A stretch of 63,582 nucleotides of DNA, counting the filler, from Octopus bimaculoides (lineage: Eukaryota): NCBI RefSeq assembly GCF_001194135.2. It is 5 parts of 5 records of this genome, joined end to end, with 100 filler letters (N's around TTAATTAATTAA, not from the genome) between each part and the next. Parts side by side here need not be neighbours in the genome. Positions count along the whole stretch, not along the records: positions 19,902 to 43,072 come from NC_069000.1; positions 43,173 to 51,826 come from NC_069004.1; 3 more parts are not named here. One strand, written 5' to 3'. Below, piece after piece: positions 38,081 to 50,267 of the stretch (its first letter is position 1; each line of letters opens with the position of its first letter). The notes beneath the pieces are model-generated. The model searched no databases, was not told the origin of the DNA, and saw only the letters and a program-made list of their open reading frames with translations. Position numbers and translations under genes: made by a program.

Positions 38081-38863
38081 CATATACCTCTGGTTAAGTC
38101 ATTTTGACTTACGTCATTTCCGAAGATACGTCAGTCTTTCTAAAATATTAAATAAATATTAGATACAGTATTAATTTATATCGCCTGGCAAAACAGCAAT
38201 AACGTTCATACTATACTGTGCTGTTAGTTCCGGGTTGTATTGATTGGTTACATTCATATTCGTCTCCAGGAAATAAATAAAAAAGCAATAGACACATATA
38301 ATCTGTATAGCATATTAAAATTAATGTTAAAATACAGTATGCATCATTGACCTCGGGCCTCATCGTTTTATGTCGAAGAAAATGCAAGAGGCTATTTCTC
38401 GTTTAGATAGATGTCTTGCTTTATTATTTGAGGAAATGGATCCCAATGCACAATGTTTTGTAAAAATACTGTGGAGTTGTCAAGATACTATTGCACCTTA
38501 TTACCTAATCCTTTAAGAGAAGAAGAAAAACACAATTCAAGGGACTTTAGACAAGTTTGCACAACAATCTACACCACCACAACAGAAGTCAGCTTACAAT
38601 CTCCAACCATTGACATCTAGTGTGTAATCTCCTCCTCCTCCTCCTCTTACACCAGCCTCAACGAGTAACACCGACATCAGCCATCAGCCATCAGGTAGGC
38701 AACAGTACAGTATTTGAAATTATTTCTTTCTAATATAAAAGCAGCTTAGGCTTGCCTAACAATTTACTGAATTCATAGGCTAACATAAAAACAACCTAGG
38801 CTAGGTTTTAATCATTACATGTACATACATTTAAATGATGGTTATTTCGATTTAAGTCATTTT
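38081..38863 (+). mobile_element. Tigger/pogo-type deletion derivative with transposase C-terminus
   Basis: atacctctggttaagtcattttgacttacg left end. 38370-38570 reads MQEAISRLDRCLALLFEEMDPNAQCFVK...IL*EKKKNTIQGTLDKF, like the Tigger C-terminal EEMDPN/EKKK..QTTLD.F motif. Confidence 0.7.
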
Positions 38864-40385
38864 ATATATACATATACATTGTCATCATCATAGTTCGATA
38901 TCTGGAAACTTTTGATCAAGGCAATTGATAGGCACTGATGTGACTGTTTGGTAAGAAGTTTGTTTCCCAACTACATGATTCTAGGTTCAGTCCCACTGTA
39001 TGGCACCTTGGACAAGTGTTTTCTATTATAGCCCCAGGCTGACCAAAGCCTTGTGATTAGATTTGGTAGACAGAAACTGAATGAAGCCCATCGCTTATAT
39101 GTATGTATGTGTGTGTTTGTGTATATGCGTGTGTGTGTGTATGTATGTATATATGTATGTGTCAGTTCACTTGTGAGGTCTCTCGTGAACACTACTGATA
39201 TCACTGAATCCAGTTCAACCTGTTGTATAGTCAAGTCATTGGTCACTAAACCAGCACCCCATTCACTAATCTTGCCTGATGAGGAGGGTTGCTAAAAACC
39301 TTGTGGAACTAAAAATAAGACCAGTCAAAAGGACGAATGGACCTAGTGAAAGAAATTCTGGGTGGTATCTGGCATGCTGGAAGACCACTGGGATCAAGGC
39401 AGTTTTTAGCTTTTGTTAATGCATGTCTTTAGGAGAGGGTCATTCTGATGTAAAACAAAACATGCAGTGAATAGTTTGGGGATCTTTTGCTTGAAATTGA
39501 AATCAAGATGCTCCCACATTCCTGAACCATCTTGGCATTGGATATCTTGCCTTGGCTAGTCTCTGGATCATGTCGCTAGGGTGGGGATGGTCTGTGAGGT
39601 GTTGTGCAAGAATTATCTAGGTCGCGCAGTTGCTGGTGAAGCAACTTTCTGATGTTTGGTCAAGTAGGAGGGTGCCATGGTGAGCATGGAGGCTGCAAAC
39701 ATGGACCTGGGTGAAACTGACCACAAGTGCAATAACCTCACACACAGGCATTGCTGGCATTTTGCTTGGGCAATGATCAGTGATGGTCTTCCTTGGTCAC
39801 AAGTGGACAACCGTCACGTGTATGTGAGAGTGTGTGAGTGTGAGAGAATGTGTGTGTTGTGTTTGTCCCCCACCACTGCTTTACAGTGTTGGTGTGTTTA
39901 TGTCCCTATAACTTAGTGTTTCAGCAAAAGAGATAGATAGAATAAGTACCAGGCTTTTAAAAAATAAGTACTGGGGTCAATTTGTTTGATGAAAACCTTT
40001 AGGATGGTGCCCCAGTATGGCCGCAGTCCAATGACTAAAACTAGTAAAAAAGAAAAGAGATACAATGTAAAAGCCATGAACACTTTAAGTGGCCCAGTGG
40101 CAAGATCATGGTTTCGATTCGCAAATTGTGCAGTATGTTGTGTTCTTGAGCAAGACACTTCATTTCACATTACTACAGTCCACTTGGCTGTAAATGAATA
40201 GCCCTGTGACAAACTGTTATCCTGTTCAGTGGGAGTATCATGATCTCAGTCACTCATATGCCATGGAAACTGAGTAACTGGCCCTTATGAGTCCTAATAA
40301 TTTTGATGATGATGATGATGACAGTAGCGATGGCAGTGAAAAAAATCATAGCTGAGAAAATCATGCTTCATGCATTTCATATCAG

Positions 40386-40489
40386 AAAACCTTCAAGCCA
40401 TTCAAATACTTAACCACAACTCAGTTCTTAGGCAGTATGTTGGTGCTTGGAACTTTGACAATATTCCTACTACATGTTTATCAAGAATG
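40386..40489 (+). CDS. Candidate exon, phase 1-0 (ENLQAIQILNHNSVLRQYVGAWNFDNIPTTCLSRM)
   Basis: catgcatttcatatcAG, donor atg|GTGAAT. Lies in track ORF 40370-40627 and is phase-compatible with 35773. Confidence 0.35.
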
Positions 40490-40665
40490 GTGAATCTGAA
40501 GTTTTTTTCATGCCACACCTGTACAATAGAAAGAAACAAGGGAATGACCACTAGCTATAAATTGCTTCACAGACCTTACGTTTTGGCTTACCATATTAAG
40601 AACAGCATTAGTTGTAACCAAAACTAGTATTGACAAAATCTGTCATTTATATTTTAACATTACAG

Positions 40666-40694
40666 TCAGTTATGTTTCCCTCATGTGTTTTGAG
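40666..40694 (+). CDS. Candidate 29-nt micro-exon (SVMFPSCVL in phase 0)
   Basis: Branch-like tttaac plus attacAG, strong donor gag|GTAAAT. Confidence 0.35.
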
Positions 40695-41074
40695 GTAAAT
40701 TTCCCAACTTAATCAACAACTTATGAATAGAATCTTTGTGAAAATATCATACATTAATAGCTAATCAAGTTGATCATAATATCTGTGATCTCGTGAAGAC
40801 CAATAGAAGAACATTGCAATGATTTAAGTGTTCTTGGCTTTCATTTTTCTGTTATTCATTTTCTCTGTTTTTAGTAGCCTTTTTGCTTCTTGCTGTCTTG
40901 TTTACATACTTTATCATATCATGGCATGGCTATGTCATTAAGAAGCTTGCTTTGCAAATACATGTTTTGGGTTCACTCTCAATGCTTGGCACTTTAGACA
41001 AGTGTCTTCTATTATAGCCCCAGAGTAACTTCTCATCAGTAAATTTATTGGACAGAAACAGTGTTGAAGCCCAT

Positions 41075-41151
<77 letters not shown>

Positions 41152-41649
41152 TTATGTGTTTATCCCCCACACCCCTTGTCAGTTAGTGTTGGTCTGTTAA
41201 CATCCATTTAACTTAGCAATTCAGTAAGGGACTGACAGAGTAAGTTGTTTAGCATTACTCTGGCTTTGTTTGAGCAGACAAAATCAAATGCAATCAAACC
41301 ATAACCATTCTGTTTTATTTTCAGGAAAGCCTTCATTTAACAAACCTATGATGAAAGGCATTCCACATGTGACCATCATCCTTTATTTCTAACAAAAGAC
41401 TATATAATTAATGTGTCCTTTCTTTTCAAAACTGAGTAGTAGGTGACAGAAATATTTAGCTGTTATTTTTAGCAGATCAAGTGATGCATGAAGGCTTTCT
41501 TGTTGACTCATTGATCTTGTTGTTTAGACTCAAGACAAACTATACATTTGTTGATAATCATGATATCCTGTATATAATGTCAGTTTTTATATAAAGACAT
41601 ATATATATATATAATTACAGTCTATTTGTAATAACAGGGTATACGTAAT

Positions 41650-42103
41650 ATAAAAAATTCATTATTTGCGCAGTGTACAGTGAGATGTGAAATGTTGATT
41701 TGCATATTTGTTTGTATTACATTACAACAGATTCAAATACAAATATGCAAGTTGCTATTGTGTATGTCACTGAAGAACAACTTCTATGTTTTATAACAAC
41801 AATATGACCATAACACTCCTGGCTCATTGGCACAAGGGATTCTAGGACACTGGTGTTTTGACATATCATGTCTCATCAGCCATAAGTAACCAGGCCTTTT
41901 GAGCTACAGGCTTTGTTTATAATTTCAGTGAACAAACTGTTTTCTGATCAGTGCTTATATCTGACAACCAATAAAAAAAATTGCTATTTGCACTGTGTAC
42001 AGTGAAATCTGAAACAAAGATTTGCCTATTTATTTTTGATACATTCCAGCAAATTCAAACACAAAATATGCTAGTTGCTGTTGTGTATGTCCCTGAAGAA
42101 CAA
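41650..42103. repeat. Diverged ~130-bp direct duplication (41650-41780 and 41972-42103); copy 1 contains a 95-nt hairpin
   Basis: gtgtacagtga...ttgtgtatgtc.ctgaagaacaa shared. Copy 1 has ttgcatatttgt / acaaatatgcaa and cagtga / tcactg arms. Confidence 0.8.
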
Positions 42104-43038
42104 ATAACAATTATGCAAATCCTTGTGTCATATGTAATTTAAGTAGATATGTAACAGCTGTGTTTACTCAATACACTTATACTGATATCTTCTTATGGCA
42201 GTCTATATGTCATGATAGTATTTACGTAATGACAATATAATTATAACAGACTATGCAGCCACAGTCTTTATGTAACAATTGTCTTTATGTTATAACATGC
42301 CATATGGAACAGAGACAGGCATGGTTGTATGGTTTAAGAAGCTCTCTTTGCAACCATGTGGTTTCAGGTTCAGTCTCACTGCAGAGCACCTTGGGCAAGT
42401 ATCTTCTACTATAGCTTTGGACTGACCAATGAGTTATGCGTGAATTTGGTAGACAGAAACTGTGTGGAACCCTAACCCTCCTCTTTCACTTCACTCTGTC
42501 CCTTTTCTTTTTTTATCGTCCCTCCCTAATTCTTCTCTCCCTCTGCCTCTACCTCTCTCTCTTCTCTCTCCAAGTGAGCGGTGTTCGGCCAAGCATGACC
42601 TTTCTTTCTTGGTTCGACTACCATCCGTGCAACATTTACATTCCTCCCTATGCCTGTCATCTCTTATGTCCCTGCCGTAAGGCTTTACTTCCACACACAC
42701 CAGCTTAATTTAATTTGTCCTCAGTCGAAAGACACCTGTTGTTAATGTTCTTTATTTGCATTATTTGTGTACCATTTCTCTGTTATATACATTTGCTGCT
42801 TTCTTCCAAGGAATCTAATGCTCTTCGCTTAGTTTTTCCTTGGGGCTGGCCAGATTGGAGCAATCTCGAGAATAACCAGCTGAAATTGCAAAGATAATCT
42901 GGAACTCGACTGAAGAAAGAAAACTCCGAATGACCTGTCTTTGTTTTTTTGTATCGTCTGTCTGGATGTTTTGTTGTTCCTTTTTTGTATCATCTAACTG
43001 TTTGGATGTTTTGCATTCTTGTCCCATTTTCGGTATTC

Positions 43039-43072
<34 letters not shown>

Positions 43073-43172
43073 NNNNNNNNNNNNNNNNNNNNNNNNNNNN
43101 NNNNNNNNNNNNNNNNTTAATTAATTAANNNNNNNNNNNNNNNNNNNNNNNNNNNNNNNNNNNNNNNNNNNN

Positions 43173-43247
<75 letters not shown>

Positions 43248-43749
43248 CCAAACCATCAACAGGTTTTTTTCCACTATGTATATGAATATGTCAACCTATG
43301 TATATACATGTGTGTGTGTGTGTAACTTAGTTCTTTCCTAACTTTCTAATGTTATTTTGATAGAAGATGAGAAGAATGAGAGAAGAATGCAGGGGAAAGC
43401 GATAGAGACAGAGAAAGAGAAAGAGAGGAAGAGAAAGAAAAAGAAAAATGAGAGCGAGATGTGTTGCGACTGTCACTAAACGTGAAAAAATAAAATAAAA
43501 ACATATATAGGACTCTACTAATAAGACTGAGGGTTGGGAAGATAAAGACTGAAAGAAGCCTGAAGATTTCGTGATCACAACATCCTTTAATGAATGTCAT
43601 TTTGGAACACTTCAGAAGAAAAAAAATATAAATAAATAAATAAACAATCTAAAGGAGAGAAAACTCGAAGTATGATTATGATGATGATGATGACGACGTT
43701 GATGGTGATGATGATTTTGATGATGATGATGATGATGCTGATGATTATA

Positions 43750-44080
43750 ACATCGTGTAACTAGGATGAAATTCCAAGAATGTGGGCCACGAAAAGAGCG
43801 ACTGTCATCTCAGTATATGTTGGGCTGCTGCGAGTACTAACAACAAGGCTCCAGAAATATGTCAGGGAAATTGGAATTGTCATGAGGTTAGAGAATGCTC
43901 AAGAACTGCTTTCTTTGGGATAGCCAGGATTTTTGAGATTGTTTCTTGGGTGTTGAGTATCTTCCACCGAATTTAATATCCGGGTACCAAGTTTTACAGT
44001 TCGTGGAAAGATACTCTGAAAGGCCCTGAGACACCCTGAGACACTCTGTGGCACCATAAGTGACAGGTTGTTGTCCGCTC
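43750..44080 (+). mobile_element. 3' fragment of an R4/Dong-like (REL endonuclease) non-LTR element
   Basis: RMWATKRATVISVYVG...LQKYVREIGIVMRLENAQ, then frameshifted RTAFFGIARI, resembling the R4/Dong C-terminus (RMW..V.VIP.V.G...QKTALLGTARILR). Confidence 0.65.
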
Positions 44081-44128
44081 TCACAGAATGAATCGGAGGA
44101 ATTTAGAGAGGTCGATAAATTAAGTACC

Positions 44129-44160
<32 letters not shown>

Positions 44161-44259
44161 CAGCAGCATGCTGTCATCCGAAAGGATGAAAGGCAATGTC
44201 GACCTGGGCGGATTTGAACGTAAAAATAAAATACTCGGAACGAAATACAACAACGACAA

Positions 44260-44260
44260 A

Positions 44261-44323
<63 letters not shown>
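44260..44323. repeat. (AAC)n microsatellite; (TAG)n at 44125-44165; (TAA)n at 56612-56695
   Basis: Direct reading. Confidence 0.97.
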
Positions 44324-46248
44324 NNNNNNNNNNNNNNNNNNNNNNNNNNNNNNNNNNNNNNNNNNNNNNNNNNNNNNNNNNNNNNNNNNNNNNNNNNNNN
44401 NNNNNNNNNNNNNNNNNNNNNNNNNNNNNNNNNNNNNNNNNNNNNNNNNNNNNNNNNNNNNNNNNNNNNNNNNNNNNNNNNNNNNNNNNNNNNNNNNNNN
44501 NNNNNNNNNNNNNNNNNNNNNNNNNNNNNNNNNNNNNNNNNNNNNNNNNNNNNNNNNNNNNNNNNNNNNNNNNNNNNNNNNNNNNNNNNNNNNNNNNNNN
44601 NNNNNNNNNNNNNNNNNNNNNNNNNNNNNNNNNNNNNNNNNNNNNNNNNNNNNNNNNNNNNNNNNNNNNNNNNNNNNNNNNNNNNNNNNNNNNNNNNNNN
44701 NNNNNNNNNNNNNNNNNNNNNNNNNNNCTATATTTTCGTTATTTTTTTCTTTCGCTTCTTTCTGTTCGCGGTTGTTGTGAAGTGCTGTCACTAATTCATT
44801 TTGTCGATCATATCAAACCCTGTAAGTTGGTAGGTACTCAATATATTTTAACTTTCTTGTAACTAACAATATCGGTAAACAACCAAATGTGGAAAGCAAC
44901 AACCATGTAAAGGAACGTATTCAAAAAGGAACGAAGTAACACAACGGTATTTCTACACAACTTACCCGTTTCAGCAGACAATAACCACACAAATATATAC
45001 TTACACACACACATATATACACGCACGCACACACACGAATATACGTACGCGCGTACGCACACACAAGCACGCACTCACTCCCTCCAACACACACAGTTTA
45101 GAGAGAGACACTTTGTACATATATGTGCATGTAGATATGTACGTGTTTGTGCCAGTTTACTAAGATAATATTTCTACACGTGGCACTCCGTCGGTTACGA
45201 CGACGAGGGTATTTCGTCTGCCGTTACATTCTGAGTTCAAATTCCGCCGAGGTCGACTTTCCCTTCCATCGTTTCGGGGTCGATTAAATAAGTACCAGTT
45301 ACCCACTAGGGTCGATATAATCGATTTAATCCCTTTGCCTGTCCTTGTTTGTCCCGTCTATATTTAGCCCCCCCCTGTGGGCAATAAAGAAATAAATACT
45401 ACAATGAACGAGAACGGTGGACGACGCCATATTTATTTTTATTCTACGAAATATAAAGGAACAACTGAACAACAACACTTTTTATCCGTTGTGCTGTCCA
45501 CTACGTCTAAAGAATTATGCATGGTGACTGACGATTAAAGGTCTATCAACACAGATGTATTTGGTAGGAGTGACTGATCTAAGGTCAAGTAATAATAAAC
45601 AAAACAAAGACAACAATACGAAGAAGTTCATCATTGAATTGTATGAATAAGTAGATGGATCATTCGTTTCATTAAATCCATTGTAAATTAGTGAGAATGG
45701 TTCGATAATTCACATTGTGTTAAATGTCAGGAACATTTAATATTTGACGGTGTGAATGTATATGTGTGGGGGGAAGGTAGCGAGCTGACAGAATCGTTAG
45801 CGCGCCGAGCAAAATGCTTAGTGGTACTTTGTCTGCTGCTACATTCTCTTTAGTCTATGCGTTCTGAGTTCAAATTCCGCCAGGGTCGACTTTGCAGTTC
45901 ATCAATCCGAAGTCAACAAAATAAGTACCCGTTGTTGGACTCAGCGTCTCCCCTGAAATTGCTGCACTTGGGTCAAAAGGTGAAGCCAATATTATGCTGT
46001 ATGGTTATGAAGTTCGTTTTGCAATCACGTGATTTTGGGTATAGTTCCACAGCACAGAAACTTGGGCATGTGTCGTCTAATGCTGCATCGGTGCACCTGG
46101 TGCATGATATCTTCTGAATGAATTTAATATGCGAGAAGTGTAGAAACCCTACGCACGCACGCACACACACACACACACACACATACACACACACGCACAC
46201 ACACATATATATATATATATACTTTATTTAAAAGCAGCAGAAATATAA

Positions 46249-46301
46249 CAAAAAAGCCGTTACTATGAGTTTCACGTTCCCGTTCATCGGACAGTTTTGT
46301 T
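46249..46301 (-). ncRNA. Minimal hammerhead-like motif, left arm of palindrome
   Basis: Reverse complement reads aacaaaa-ctgt CCGATGA acg-ggaa-cgt GAAA ctcatag TA acgg-ctt-ttttgtt. Stem I pairs; stem III has one mismatch. Confidence 0.5.
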
Positions 46302-46303
46302 AG

Positions 46304-46355
46304 AACAAAACTGTCCGATGAACGGGAACGTGAAACTCAGAGTAAGTCTTTTGTT
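46304..46355 (+). ncRNA. Minimal hammerhead-like motif, right arm of palindrome (core CCGAUGA variant, GUA triplet)
   Basis: ctgt CCGATGA acg-ggaa-cgt GAAA ctc-a-gag TA. Stem I is weakened on this copy. Confidence 0.5.
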
Positions 46356-47396
46356 ATATTTCTACTGCTTTTAAATAAAGCATATTACTCTACCTCTGGT
46401 ATTTGAGTACTCTTTTTTCCACCTTGTTGCACATTTCATGTGCTTACTCCGGTATATATATATNNNNNNNNNNNNNNNNNNNNNNNNNNNNNNNNNNNNN
46501 NNNNNNNNNNNNNNNNNNNNNNNNNNNNNNNNNNNNNNNNNNNNNNNNNNNNNNNNNNNNNNNNNNNNNNNNNNNNNNNNNNNNNNNNNNNNNNNNNNNN
46601 NNNNNNNNNNNNNNNNNNNNNNNNNNNNNNNNNNNNNNNNNNNNNNNNNNNNNNNNNNNNNNNNNNNNNNNNNNNNNNNNNNNNNNNNNNNNNNNNNNNN
46701 NNNNNNNNNNNNNNNNNNNNNNNNNNNNNNNNNNNNNNNNNNNNNNNNNNNNNNNNNNNNNNNNNNNNNNNNNNNNNNNNNNNNNNNNNNNNNNNNNNNN
46801 NNNNNNNNNNNNNNNNNNNNNNNNNNNNNNNNNNNNNNNNNNNNNNNNNNNNNNNNNNNNNNNNNNNNNNNNNNNNNNNNNNNNNNNNNNNNNNNNNNNN
46901 NNNNNNNNNNNNNNNNNNNNNNNNNNNNNNNNNNNNNNNNNNNNNNNNNNNNNNNNNNNNNNNNNNNNNNNNNNNNNNNNNNNNNNNNNNNNNNNNNNNN
47001 NNNNNNNNNNNNNNNNNNNNNNNNNNNNNNNNNNNNNNNNNNNNNNNNNNNNNNNNNNNNNNNNNNNNNNNNNNNNNNNNNNNNNNNNNNNNNNNNNNNN
47101 NNNNNNNNNNNNNNNNNNNNNNNNNNNNNNNNNNNNNNNNNNNNNNNNNNNNNNNNNNNNNNNNNNNNNNNNNNNNNNNNNNNNNNNNNNNNNNNNNNNN
47201 NNNNNNNNNNNNNNNNNNNNNNNNNNNNNNNNNNNNNNNNNNNNNNNNNGCAGCAGCGTCGTTGTCCTCGTCCTCCCGTTCGTCAAAAATCATTAGAGAG
47301 GACATTATGACTGCAATAATGGCTACCGTCTCCAGGCAAAAACTTCGTTTTGATTTCTATCTCTCCCTGTCTCTCTCTCCCCATCTCTCTCTCTCA

Positions 47397-47466
<70 letters not shown>

Positions 47467-48302
47467 TTATCGGTATTTCGTATGAATTTTATTTGGTTTT
47501 GTATTTGTTTTTCCTTTTTGTTTTAGTATGTGTGTTTCTTTTTTTCCTTTTCGTCTCTTAATAATATGAAGAGGAAATTTCATGTCTGTGTGAATAATCC
47601 ATTATTTTAATTATTTCTCTTCCTTCAACTCTTTCTTCTTCTTCTTCTTCTTCTTCTTCTTCTTCTTCTTCTTCTNNNNNNNNNNNNNNNNNNNNNNNNN
47701 NNNNNNNNNNNNNNNNNNNNNNNNNNNNNNNNNNNNNNNNNNNNNNNNNNNNNNNNNNNNNNNNNNNNNNNNNNNTTTTACATAAATGTATATATTGGCA
47801 TATATGTGTGTGTGCTCGTGCGCGTGTGTATGTTACCGTTGTGTTTGAGTGGGCCTGTGTGTGCATGCGCGTATGTATAAGCATGTGTGCGCGCGTGAGT
47901 CAGTGTGCGTGCGCGCTCCCGAATGATCATGTGTGAGCGTGTGTGTGCCCGTGCGCGCGCCTCTGTGTGTGAATACAAACATATACGAGTGTTGTTTGTT
48001 AATTTTTGTTTCGATTTATTTTCTCTCGTGTGTCTGTCATTCAATTGTGTTGTTGTTCTTCTTATTGATATTATTTTTCTCGTTCCTGTTCTTGTCTTCT
48101 TTCTTTTCCTTATGTTTCACGCCGTGCATCCGCCATATTTCTTTCATCTAAATAGGTTTGTAAATATTAATAGCAGAAACAAACAGTATTTAAACGCAAA
48201 GCATAATTACTAATTATTTCACATTTGATGATATTTTTTACACGAGGGATTCGAAAATTTTTTGCTGCAAATTAGATAAACACATTAACACTATATACAA
48301 AA

Positions 48303-48346
<44 letters not shown>

Positions 48347-49026
48347 NNNNNNNNNNNNNNNNNNNNNNNNNNNNNNNNNNNNNNNNNNNNNNNNNNNNNN
48401 NNNNNNNNNNNNNNNNNNNNNNNNNNNNNNNNNNNNNNNNNNNNNNNNNNNNNATATATATATGTGTGTGTGTGTGTATACATATATACATACGTGCATA
48501 CATATATACGTATATAATTCATAAATACGTAGAGATTTTTTTTTATTTTTATAATACGCATCTATGGAATTTGTTAGTTTGTGATGGTGATAAATTAATT
48601 TCTTTCATAAACTATTATCCCAGCCGCCGTTCAGTTTCTGGAAATAATATTATATTTCGTTTTTTATTTTGAATCCGGAATGATATATCTTCATATGTCA
48701 CAATACAAACGTAATCTACATGTATTTTATGAATATTTCTAAAGTGTATACTTATTTTTTTATTCTAAGGTTTTGGTAAATCATCGTAGTCCGTATCGAT
48801 AAGAACTTGTAAGCAATTGTTACCAGTCGACTGTGTTTCCGCTCAAGTGATCAGCCTTCTTATTGTCTGGACTATTCCATCTTATTAAATGATGTTTCCG
48901 CTATGACAGCACGGGAGTCTTCTTGGAGGTGACGTTCTCCTTTTCGTTCAGCATTGAAAAATCTGCAGCTGGCTGGAAATCACCTCACACTAGGAAACTC
49001 TATAAACACATATATATATATGTATG

Positions 49027-49071
<45 letters not shown>

Positions 49072-49873
49072 CTGTGTGCGTATCTGTGTCTGTGTCTGTG
49101 CGTGTTTCTGAGTGTGTGCATGTGTGTGTGTATTATGTGCTACTATTAGTTACATGTGCTGAGAGCATGCCAGACCATATTTTGTAACACATCTGGTGTC
49201 CTAGCACAATCATCAGACCCTGCCTAGAAATATAGCACAAGGGACTAGAAATGGGATGATAGGATGAGAGAAAAAGCAAGTACAGTTGAGAAAGAAATAG
49301 ATAGAAAGGGTGGTGGAGCGTTGAAAAACCGGAAAAAGAAAAAGACAACAGAATGAAGCAAAAATGGGGAATTAGAATTCTTTTCCCTCAGATCGTAAAA
49401 CACAAGGCTGAAAATATAGTGGCTTAGAGTCTGTGGTTCAGTTATTCAATCTAGACAGGGGGCTACACTTACCAATTCGTCAACATGAACTTAGCCACAT
49501 GCTTACAACCGCTGAAAACTTCGTATCTAGTGTCTTAGATTTCTTAGATGCGAAAAGGAACTGTGTTGTGTTTATTAAATTGTGTATATATTTGTGTATA
49601 TGTGTGTGCGTGGGGGGGTGTATATGTGTGTGCGTGGGGGGGTGTTTATGGAAACCGTCAGAGGAGAATGATAAAAGCAGACGCTGTAGATGGTCCATTC
49701 CACCTTCAAACAATCCTGAGACGATGACTTGCAGGCAGAGTATATCATCTGCGGTGATGAATAAATAAAACTATACTACATGTATTGAGTACTATTTCCC
49801 CAGTTTCTACCACCGCACATTTACACATACACACAAAACAGTATACACATACATGTATAGTTATATCTAAGTC

Positions 49874-49913
<40 letters not shown>

Positions 49914-49967
49914 TACATAAATATACATACATTCGTACATGCATAGCTATATCTAAGTCTGTATGTA

Positions 49968-50029
<62 letters not shown>

Positions 50030-50234
50030 TACATATACATACATTCATACTGCATAATGTATTTCTGAAGATTCGACAGATGAAAGTGGAGTAATTTGTG
50101 TTGCCCATTACTGTTTTGTTGTTCTGTCATTTCTTTTCACACTTATACGCACAGAAACAAGCATGTATACACACACGCATACTCACACACACACATACAC
50201 ACACACTAGCAATCACACACACATACGTATTATA

Positions 50235-50267
<33 letters not shown>

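Larger units (their letters stand above)
46222..46452. mobile_element. Penelope-like pLTR fragment in inverted arrangement
   Basis: 80/77-nt inverted arms (46222-46301, 46304-46380) around a 2-nt spacer. The right arm continues as unique pLTR-like sequence to the gap. Confidence 0.55.

Noticed and set aside
40400-40625. Alternative minus-strand two-exon reading (LVTTNAVLNM / VWHEKNF...) with a good acceptor at 40519 and donor at 40591
   Set aside because: It overlaps the plus-strand candidate and no other minus-strand exons chain with it. Not excluded without RNA data.
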